Shown here one piece after another: positions 33,709 through 43,233 of a stretch of 43,233 bases of DNA. Position 1 is the first letter of the stretch; every line of letters begins with the position of its first letter. The position numbers were made by a program, and so were the translations under genes. The DNA is from Halocafeteria seosinensis (taxonomy: Eukaryota): the NCBI GenBank assembly GCA_001687465.1, contig LVLI01000607.1, positions 1 through 43,233 of the forward strand, read 5' to 3'. The notes under the pieces were generated by a model, which saw nothing but the letters and a program-made list of their open reading frames with translations, had not been told where the DNA came from and made no database searches.

Positions 33709-35053
33709 CTACCTCGTAGCGTCGGTGTTGAATGTCGCCATCAGATCCCATCCTCCGAAGGCCTTTCGTATCATTATATTCGTCAAGAAAACCAGTGTTA
33801 GAAACGATAACTCGTACCAGCCCAGTCCCCACTTCAAACAAAGGATATGCAGGAAAAAGGGGATCGGGATGAGCATCAGGGAACATATTATTTTGACAAC
33901 GGTCCAAGGTCTGAGTTGGTCCTCGGGCGGTTTGGATTTGGATCGTGCTCGTTGTCGTTTACGGGATTCAGTGCGAGAATTGGCTTGTTTGTCAATACAA
34001 TTCTGTAGCAGACGAGAATCTTCAGGTTGTTCGTAGAATCGTGTAAGGATATCTTCCTTGGTCTTGAAGTCGTTCTTGATCCACTTGGAAAGGCCATTTG
34101 AATAAACATCTTGCTCTGCACTCCCGTCTCTGGCTGAGGCCGCCGATTCGCCTCCTAGTTCTTTGCATTCGTCCATTACTTTCTTGATCCCGTTACGCTG
34201 GATGTGTATTTGTACGCGTCGGGGCATTCTGCCATTGAAAAGCGAAGATTCGTGCTGAGGTGGACCACCATCATAGGCGATCACAGCATCGTACACAGCT
34301 GTTAACGGCGCTCCGTAGTTCCCCGAATTGGGGATAGGTGCCAGGTTGTTAAATAGACACCGAGATCCGGTAGTTTTCGGATGAAGAACTTGGGTGTACT
34401 TGGGCAGATTGTGCTCCTCTGCATACGCATCCGAGAGTCGCACATTTTTCTCGGATAAATCAGTTCCTTCGGGAAAGACCAGCACTTTGTATGGCACCGT
34501 GCTTTCTCGGTACACTTTTGACATTTCTCTCATATGAGGTTCGTCGTGCTCCCATTCTCGCTTCAGGAAGAGAAATTGCATCACTTCTATAGCATTCCCA
34601 ATGAGCGGGTATTTCCTCAGACCCTCCTTGAGTACTATCTTCAGATGCTCTAGACTTCCGTGTTGCAGAAAGGGGTACCATAGAAACATCCTGCAGTTCA
34701 TGCATATACGTTCAATAGGGCACCGCGAACAAGAAGCACAGCAGCACCTACCAGTCCAATCGCGTTCTGTGGTTGCAAAAGAAGAGCGCATTATCCTTCT
34801 CCTGTATAGGATCTCCCGTGATCACGAATTCCACGCCATGGATATTGCGTAGCGCCAGGGCCATCACCGTGAAGAACGAGGCTCCCAGCTTGCTTGCGCA
34901 TTTCTGATAGACTCTGTAATGAATAGGCTGAAGCAATGCCACCAGGGGGAACCAAAAAAGACCCCATACTAATATACAGGTGACTAATAGCAGAAAATAG
35001 AGGCCTCCTTTCACTTTGGGAGGCAGCATTGAGAGGAAGGATATCTCAGCCAT
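33709..35053 (-). CDS. LCLAT1: Lysocardiolipin/lysophospholipid acyltransferase (LCLAT1/LPAT4-5-like), 2 exons
   Basis: Catalytic NHRTRLD (NHX4D), KIVLK..L, FLFLKREW..D, VFPEGTD, VLHPKTTG and YD..IAY motifs; intron 34751-34691. Confidence 0.8.
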
Positions 35054-35531
35054 GGCTGCTTCTCTACGTCGTAAGTGTGTCTCTATTTATTTGAAACCAT
35101 CATGGAGGTGTCCTTGTGCAACAAACAAGGTGAATATTGTCTTCCAGAAGAAGCCAATGGACGTTCGAAAACACGACTGGTTGAAGGAGCCCATTCAGTG
35201 CTTTCCAAGCATCGACCACACATACAAACTACGAGTGTTCTTTCCTCCTATTTTTGCGGCATGCATGGACCCCAATAGAATAGCCTGCCAGCTGTTCTTC
35301 GTTGAAGAAATGGGCACTGTTCCATACAACAATTACAGTCGCACAGGGTTTGTTGTTTGCGTTGGAAAACCAGCATGAACACTACAAAAACCTGCCTATT
35401 GTGCTTGTGAATGACGTGTGCTTGTGCTTTCTTGTGATACATCGTTTGTTTACTTGTTGGCTTCCTTGTGGTTTTTCCGGCACCACGCCTTCGTTGTGGG
35501 TTCTCCAAAGCTCTTTTAATCGTCAACTAGG

Positions 35532-38525
35532 ATGTCTATGGACTTTAAGCCTTCCAATGAAGGAGGCACTCCTCCCTTTGCAGCTGTAGAACCCTCCGGA
35601 AATGGAGGAAACCTCACGGAACGGCCTTCAAATGATTGTGAACCCTACCGCAACCAAAGGGAGATGCAGCAGGAGCTTTTGCGTGTTTCCAATTCATTAC
35701 AACGAGAGCTCTCCACAGCATGGAGTGTGGCCAACAAGGTCACGCAGACCATGCATCGCAAGTAGGTATCTTTTCTTTGTGCATTCTGGGGAACACCGGG
35801 GGCTTTTCCTGCCCTGTATTACGGAGACGGACGGGATATTGCGGGAAACCTTGATCAATCTTTGTTGTTCGACGAAGGGGTTTTTCAACGGGCGTGGATG
35901 ACGTGTTAAGGGTTCATGTGAGATTTTTTGCTGTGCACAAGCGGTATTCCAGTCATTCTTTTCGCAACAAGAAGAAAGTATTCGCAGTTTATGGTAATAT
36001 CTGTATTTGAATCCCTTACAGACATGGTGATGAAAATGCAAACACGGATGGGTACTACTATGCTCAAGGCGCGGTTCAAGACGATGAGCCTTCGGACTCT
36101 GACGAAGAGGAAAACAGTCAGCAAGGCGGCTCTCAGCCATGGAGGATCAATGATAAATTGGAGAGAAACTTATACTCTTTGAAGAGGACACAAGCTGTTG
36201 CTGCGGATGCCATCGAGTCCATGTTCCGTGCAATAAGTAAGCAAGTGCACAATCACTGCGAGAATTGGTGGGAGACGTAATTGTAGTGGTTTTTGAAAAA
36301 ATCGAAACGCAGATGACTCTATGAGACCAGATAATGCGACGGGAAGTAGTAAGAGACGTCAGAGGGATCTCATGTATGAACTCTCTAGTGTGGTCGACGT
36401 TGCTGACCAGAACCTCCCTCGTCCAAAGTGCGCCTTGTTCGTGCACTCCTTGGAAAGGAACGGAGCCAACAATTTTGTTCTCTTTGTCACAAAGAAGCTG
36501 TTGGACACCCAAGAGTTTGAACTATTCTCTCCGAAAGACGGGCCCATGAAGACTGAGTTTGAGCGAATGGGGGTACCCGTCAATGTCGTGCCACCAGAAG
36601 AAGAGTCATATCATGAAGTGATTAAAGAAAAACTAAAGTCTGGGCATTTTGGAGTCGTCTTAGTCAACACTATCATGAGAGCGGAAGTAATCAACATTGT
36701 CCACGAAATGAGTCTTCCGAATGTGTGGGTCATACATGAGGCTTGGCCTGCGGATCAGTTTGAATACTATGCCAAGGAGGTTTTTTTGATGAAACATATT
36801 GATTCAGCAGTAATAACGCGGGCGTTTTCAAGCGCCGATCATATTGTGTTCCCAGCGCACGTTCAAAGGAAACTTTATGCCTCCTTGATTCCCCAATCTT
36901 GTGACTGCAGTGTGGTGTACAATGGAATCCCGCTTAAGAAAATTGACAACTTCCGCACCAAGAATGATCGAGAAGAAGTAAGAGCAAACTTGGGTTATAC
37001 GGAAAAAGACTTTGTTGTTCTTCATTTGGGAACGGTTTGCAAAAGAAAAGCCCAATTGTGCACCGCTCAAGCTTTCCGGAAACTGGTCAACGAACACAGT
37101 GACACGAGTGCGCGGCTTCTGATAGTCGGTGCTCGATACATACGAGATCATGAGATCAAGTATTTGAATGAAATCAAAGACGAAATTTCTGCTGGTGGTT
37201 TGGAAGATAAAGTCACAATTTTGGATATCCAGAAGAATGTGCTCCCCTATTACATGGCCGCCGACGTTGTTGTCGTTCCATCATTAAACGAAGTTCTGCC
37301 TTTGGTAGTGTGCGAAGCAATGGCGTTTGAGCGACCTGTGGTCGCATCTGACATCGATGGAATTCCAGAAGCTCTAACGGATGGACAGGATGGTTTCTTG
37401 ATACCTCCAGGGGATCCGAATTATCTTGCCGAACGTGTCCATCAATTGATCAATACACCCAAGTTGAGGAGACAATTCTGCCGGCGTGGACGGCAGCGAG
37501 TTATGCGACAATTCAGCTACGACACAATGGGAAATGCGTACCGTAGGATTATGGATGATGTTATCGACAGCGCGACAGAGAAGCGGATGAGATCGAAATC
37601 TCTTCGCATGCCTACACTTCCCAATTCCAAAAACGTCAGAGGGGGCGGACTGGAGAGTGAGGATGACGATAACAGTGACTATATGAGTGAGGAAGAAGAT
37701 AACGAAGATGAGGGCTCGGATAATATTGAACATAAGCAGCAGCAGAAGGAATCTGCGGAATTACTTGTTAGTAAGGGAACCCAGACCTCGGATGCCGGTC
37801 TACTTGGAAGCATGACAGTTCAGTATCATGGCCGAACAGAAAGTCCCATCGAGCCGCAACCCTCCTCTCAGCAAAGTTCGGACGAAAAGAAAGTGGTCTT
37901 GGTGGATATGGACAGCACTGTTGTCAATTTCGATGGAGCATTCTTACAAAGATGGATGAGACGTCATCCTGAATCGGCAAAGGAAGACGCGAAACTAGTT
38001 AATCATCGTCAACACTATGAGCTAGAAATGAACTTCCCTCTTGAAAAACGAGGAGAAGTACTTGCAACGATATCGGCCCCGGGGTTGTATGTCAGCATGG
38101 AAGCACATGAAGCTGCCATTCAGAAACTGAAATGGATGGTGGCGAAAGGATACGATGTGCGCTTAGTGACAGCTCCTCACCCCCTGTGTGCTGCGACCTG
38201 TGCAGCTGAAAAGTACCAATGGGTGGCAGACAACCTTGGTGCAGAGTGGCAACCGCGACTGATCTTGGCACAGGACAAGACCCACGTTAAGGGAGACATA
38301 CTTATCGATGACAAACCGAGGGTTGTTGGTAGTGCTACGCCTGTTTGGAAGCACGTAATCTTTAGCCAGCCGTGGAACTATAACCAACCGTCAGTTACCG
38401 TAGATGGGACGTACACGAACGCAGAAGAAACTGAAGAAGGGATAAGAATGCGAATACGTAACTGGGGCGAGCTCGAAGCGGTGTTAGAGAAAGTTTGTCC
38501 TCAAGAGAGCCTATATTCGGCTTAA
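35532..38525 (+). CDS. GT4 (GT-B) glycosyltransferase fused to a 5'(3')-deoxyribonucleotidase (NT5C)-type HAD phosphatase, 3 exons
   Basis: Exons 35532(35538)-35761, 36022-36236, 36313-38525 splice in frame. GT4 region ~36425-37560: HSL..GA, NT, WVIHE, VYNGI, GTVCKRK, PSLNEVLPLVVCEAMAFERPVVA..GIPE. HAD region ~37885-38490: VLVDMDS..VNFD, LVTAP, AEKYQWV, DKTHVKGDILIDDKP. Confidence 0.88.
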
Positions 38526-38614
38526 GCATCGGAAATTGGTTTCCTGGTATTTGCTATGAAACCCAATACAACGTAACCTTACATTCATAACCTCTAACAC
38601 TTAGTAATCTTGTT

Positions 38615-41298
38615 TCATGGACTATACAGAGTCGAGTCCCACGGAAGGTCTTGCTTTAGAATTCCCGAAAGCACCAATTCTTCCGAATAAATCGAGCAAC
38701 CCTGATAAGCGAACCAATGTGACATTCTTGCGACGTCCCAATTGCTAGAAGCCGCACTTACCAATCTCTTAAATTTGGAATCCTTGCTAAACTCCTTCGA
38801 ACAAATGATGACGTGGTCAGCAGTAGGCTTCTTCGGCAGACTCCTCGCCCACTGCACCACAAACTTAATGTTAACATAGGCATCACATACATATGCACAT
38901 GACTGCACTTACTTTGGCTCCAGCTGCTTGGACTATATCGCGCAGCAGCTCCGGAGGTGGCTTAACCGACTTAGAAGCGTATATCGTGTATCCTTCAAAA
39001 ATCGGGGAGGCAAGGTTTCTCCTCGGGAGAACTTCTCTAAGATCAACCCCAAACAGCTTTTCATTTTTTGGATCCGCCAGCCTGTATTTTTCCGTATTTT
39101 CTCTCAGTAGGGGATCTGCATCGGGTTTAGTCCTGTCCACAGTGACGGCGCAATCAGGTGCCAACTCTATAAATTGTCCTGCTTTCCTGCTGTCCTTCAG
39201 CCACTGGTGAGTCACGATATGTGGGATTTTGGACATGGCGACAAGCAATTTTACTGTTCGCTGGAGTTCACTGGTAATTAAATGAGTGGCGGTNTGAGGA
39301 TCATCCACAATCTCCCCACCCATTTTTGTGATGTCCCTTTTCTCGACCTTTGTCGGCACTATGCAGGTAAACAATATTTTTACACTCGAGTTGCTGTCCG
39401 CAGTCGACTTCGCCTTCGCTCGCGAGCTCTTCGCAGCAGATAACTCACTCTTCTCATCCGCTGCAACTCTACGTCTTTTTACGGTTTTAGCGGTAGTGGA
39501 GGCAAATTCTTCTTCTTGTCCATCTGATGCGTCCTCCGTCTTTTTCGCTCGTTTAGAGACAGTAGATCTGGATGTTGACGTGGGCCTTCTTCCTTGACGA
39601 GCAGATTCATTCTCTTTCTTTGCCTCTTTTCTTTTTTCCCTAGGCGTTCTTGAAGCGGGAGTAATTTTTTCAGAGCTCCCGTTTCTATCGTCTTTGGTCG
39701 TTTGTTTGTCTTGGTGTTCAACTGCTGACTCTTCCGTGGAGTTGTCGCCATTACGTTGCTGCTGCTTTTTCTGTTTGGGCATCTTGCTACTACTCTTTCC
39801 TATTTGTTCGTCCTTCTCCAGAGCATGTGAGTCCTCGCCAAGGCCTTGAAGAGTTGACGAATAAGGCACAGTCATGCTCGCCCCTTCCACTTGAGTTTCT
39901 TTTTCTAAAGAGACGCTGTTCGACGTACTCTGTTCCGCCAGTTTGCTTGCCTTGAGTTCCCTAAATTCTTGAAGGGCAGAATCAAAGTTGGATCTACGCG
40001 TACTTTCAGTGAACAGATTTACAGAGCACTGGGCACACAGCGCGACAAGGAAAAACATGGCAATGGAGGACTACAACTGAATAGGACAGTACACACTTGG
40101 CTTACCTTGAAATCCCCTAAAACTATTTCAGTCCCGTCGTGTACGCAGTATAGCCGCCTAGGTAGCAAAAATACTGCTTCACCGGGTTCGTCGGCTGTCA
40201 GTCGTAACACATTTCGGATGATGCAAAATACTGAGTGATCGACACTTTATCCCACTTACTCCCAGCCGAATCTTGCGTTGGTCTATATATCGTTGTACCA
40301 TTAGTTGAAGACAAGTCGCGAATAGTATATATTCCCTCGGCCCAATTGATGTCAATGCTAGCATGGCGTAGCGACACGGGGGCAATATCGTTAAGTTGGA
40401 TAGCACAGGAGTCCGACCTGCCGATCGTGTTCTGTCCGTCACATAAAGGAAAGCGCCTTTGCTTCATCCGCTCGTCCCTGCAAACAAGCTCACCCATTTG
40501 CGGTGAAGGAACCTTCAGGCCGAGTCGTTTCCATAGGGCAATCTGCTGGTATGGAGGATCCCTCGACGGACCTGAGTCACCAAACAAAATACTCGAGTAC
40601 ACCTCCCTATTCCGGTTTTGTGTCTCTCCTTTCGACTTGTATTGAACGGGTGTAGTTGTTAGTTGTGGTTCTCCAGAGGGCGAATGCTGTGGTGCTTGGT
40701 TCGAGCGTGCTGAGGAGGAGGTAAACGCCGCATTGGAATGCACCACAGTCGTGTCTGAGTGGCTAATTCGTCCTGAAACATTATTACCCGTATAAGGTGG
40801 TGCAGTCCTAGTTTCCTCGCTCTGATACCTATCTTTAGTATCACCAGCAGAATTGCTCTTGCCATTTGTACGAGAGAGACTGCTTCGTTCAAACCCAATT
40901 AAGTCCTCACTTGTCGCTTTCTCACTTCCTACTTGCTGCTCCTGTGTCGACGGTGTGGACGATTCCCTCCACTGAAACTCATCTTCTGCTGTGGCTTGTT
41001 CTTGGTTCTTGCCCTTGTGATGCTCATTATGGGAAGGGCTATCTTCATCCGTGGTTATATCCTCTTCCTCCTCCACCTCAGCTTGTACATTCCACCGCTC
41101 TTTCGTTTCGCTCTCTTCCTCTGGCGGCTCTTCCACCTCCTCAATGTTATCCTGCTGTGTCTTGCGCCCCTTCTGGAAAGCTGCAGGAGACGAAGAGCGT
41201 TCTTCAGGGCCTTGTACAGCCTCCTTATCGTCGTCGTCGTCCTCTTCCTCGACCCGCGTTAACTTCATGCCTTGAGAACGTTCCTTGTCCAGATCCAT
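38615..41298 (-). CDS. FHA + tandem BRCT DNA-damage mediator (MDC1-like), about 4 exons
   Basis: FHA: GQNTIGRS..C.I......VSLRHA.I.....IRDLSSTNGT. BRCT pair: KILFT..MGGEIV..ATHLI...RTVKLL.AMS..HIV...WL and IFEGY.IY....VKPPP..L..IV.AAGA. Acidic/disordered N-terminus. The start at the ATG at 41298 is a best guess. Confidence 0.8.
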
Positions 41299-41445
41299 TT
41301 TCACGGGCTTTTTTTTTACCAGGGCCCCTTCTAAGTTTGTTTCGAGGGAAAAATCAATACACAATGATATACAATAATTACTGTAGACTGCATGGTGGAA
41401 TACGAACTTCAGACATCACTGCACTTGACGGAGGATGCACATCGG

Positions 41446-41494
41446 CCGGGAATTCCCGGCCGGTGGGCTATCTGTCACATTTGTGTGTGTGTGT
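41446..41494 (+). mobile_element. Very short 5'-truncated copy of the (TG)n-tailed element with 7-bp TSD and 5' inversion, copy 2
   Basis: ttcccggccggtgggctatctgtcacatttgtgtgtgtgtgt is flanked by acatcgg at 41439-41445 and 41495-41501. A 20-bp palindrome spans 41443-41462. Confidence 0.75.
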
Positions 41495-42005
41495 ACATCG
41501 GGCAGTCAGTAAAAGGAAGCTTAGGTGAGCACCTCAAACCTTGAGAACCCCACAGTATAGTTTTGGTTCACCGTAGTGCACTATAGATGGATCTTCTTAA
41601 TATTTCTTGCCGTCGCGTCGGCGTCGAACTGCTCCGGCGTGCCGTAAAAACTTTGAGGGACGTACAGTCTGGCATGTTCGGCGATATGAATCACAGTCTA
41701 TCTTATTGAAACTGTCTCAGGGTCGGTTGATGATATAACAATAAAAGGAATCGGCCCTTGCAAATTACCATGGAACTTCGCGCCGAAGTCGCGAATCATG
41801 GCCCACTGGCCCATAATGGGCGTACCAACCAAGCCAACAGTACACACAGCCAACAGTACAATCTGCTAAGTCCGAAGCAGACAGATGATATCAATCAATG
41901 ATGGTTGTATGCCGTAAGGTTAACGCAGCACCAAAGTTCGTGACTCAGGAGAGGCACTCGTTTTCAAGTTAAGAAGTGTATTACAAGTAGTATTGCTCCT
42001 ACATG

Positions 42006-43080
42006 CTACCCTAGGCCATGTGGGAGGTGAACCCTCCCGTTGTGGTGTATCAATGTGATAGACAGTTTGACCATCATCATCAGGTGTAAGTCCCGCATCT
42101 CGCTTTTTTCCCAGCGAGAGCCCGGTTCTTTACTGGCAATTCTCTCTAGGAACTTGACCGCGTCTTCCCCGAGGCGGGTGTCTCTGTAGCTTCGGTTTGT
42201 TTCAGTAACCTCCGTAGTTACACACACACACATATGTGACAGATAGTCCACCGGCTGGGGAGTTGTGGAAAGTAGTTTGCTTCCCCGGGAGTCCGATCGT
42301 TTCCTGTAGCACGTTCTGACTCAACGCGAATCATGGTGGGGACTTCTTGCGGTTTTGAGTGAGCGGGTCATGCTCATATCCTGCCACTTGCTGAATCGTT
42401 TTTGACGCGTCGATCGCCCCGGCGATATTGCGATGCTTCTGCTGCGTGTTCTGGGATGACTATCCCAGTCCTCCCGCCTTTGTGGAAAACTTGGCTCGTG
42501 TGGCGGTATGTGCGGGGAACTCATCTTGCCAGTTCAGAGCGTTGCGCACCATGTCTGTCATCTCCCGGTTGAACCACTTTTATTAGCGTCCGGTTTGAGG
42601 GTGCGAAGCCAGTAGTTGGGTTGTCTTGCGATTGAGTTTATCAACAGTCTTATCGTAGTCTGCACGTCTAGGCCTGCTCCCCATGCTTCTTTTAGTGCCG
42701 TCAAGTTGGGGGGTTCCCCTGTGCACTGTGATTCGTTTTCGTACATAGTTCTCCTGAAATTGTTCACTGCCATACAGGACTCCCAGCATTACGATACCTG
42801 TGCCTTCCGATAGTCGTGCTATGTTTGCAGTGTGATGGTAGGGCTTCATTCGTCTTCGCTTATGTCTAGGCCTTTTGCGACCAGGACCTGTGTTTTGTCC
42901 CTGTTGTTTTTGACTGATTTTCACTGAAACTTTTCAGTCGATTAGCTGCAGTACTTCCTGGAGCATGTTGGACGCTGCTCGTGCTTCCACCGACACTCCG
43001 GTTTTCAATTTGCTTTTTGACTTGAGCTTAAGTTCGAGCTGGAAAGAGCTTTGCGGGCGGCTCCGTAGTCCCCCAGCATT
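42006..43080 (-). mobile_element. Decayed CRE-like (RLE-type) non-LTR retrotransposon remnant
   Basis: Minus-strand frame-shifted motifs appear in the expected order: GDYGAARKALSS; LVAKGLDISED; GIVMLGVLYGSEQF; DVQTTIRLLINSIARQPNYWLRTLKP; RAKFSTKAGGLG (thumb); RLGEDAVKFLERIA..KLSITLIHHNG (RLE-type C-terminus). The YxDD core is not found and appears deleted. Confidence 0.7.
42220..42265 (-). mobile_element. Short diverged copy of the (TG)n-tailed element nested in the retrotransposon remnant, copy 3
   Basis: acacacacacacatatgtgacagatagtccaccggctggggagttg, flanked by gtagtt at 42214-42219 and 42272-42277. Confidence 0.75.
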
Positions 43081-43086
43081 TCCTGT

Positions 43087-43233
43087 CACACACACACAAA
43101 TGTGACAGATAGCCCACCGGCCGGGAAGTTGACCGCATCCTCTTAACGAGGAGCGGTATGCGCCCGTGTTAAGCAGCGACGGGCCCGCTGTTCCTGCAGC
43201 CTTGCTGACATGCGCCGTGAGGGAACACAGCAC
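43087..43233 (-). mobile_element. (TG)n-tailed element, copy 4 (may extend beyond the window)
   Basis: Near-identical to 2577-2702, and has the same terminus as copies 2 and 3. Confidence 0.8.

Noticed and set aside
43087..43233. Self-cleaving ribozyme or tRNA-derived head in the repeat element
   Set aside because: No hammerhead CUGANGA/GAAA core, no convincing HDV or twister fold, and no A/B boxes in the visible part.

Overview
Compact, intron-rich eukaryotic genomic DNA with short GT-AG introns (mostly ~60-100 nt, many GTACGT/GTAAGT donors). A BBS10-like gene suggests a flagellated protist, probably a stramenopile (inference). The first 10.6 kb is an accessory-looking ubiquitin-system cluster: three divergent ankyrin-repeat / U-box-like / PH-like genes with almost one repeat per phase-0 exon, a ~99% identical truncated fourth copy, and a decayed ubiquitin-2OG-Fe(II) oxygenase-RING gene. 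Next come three barrier-to-autointegration-factor (BAF)-like paralogues (one absent from the ORF track), interleaved with an unknown gene and PAT1. The rest is mostly housekeeping: a large multi-TM protein, an atypical SWEET, SCAMP, BBS10, ATG101, an ankyrin protein, an LCLAT1-like acyltransferase and an FHA-BRCT (MDC1-like) gene. It also holds an intronless GLUG-repeat/mucin-like surface protein and a GT4 glycosyltransferase fused to a 5'(3')-deoxyribonucleotidase-type HAD domain. The window ends in a decayed CRE-like non-LTR retrotransposon, and four fragments of a structured (TG)n-tailed retroelement are present. All family calls come from motif recognition by eye. Exon boundaries are manual predictions, and no database searches were run.
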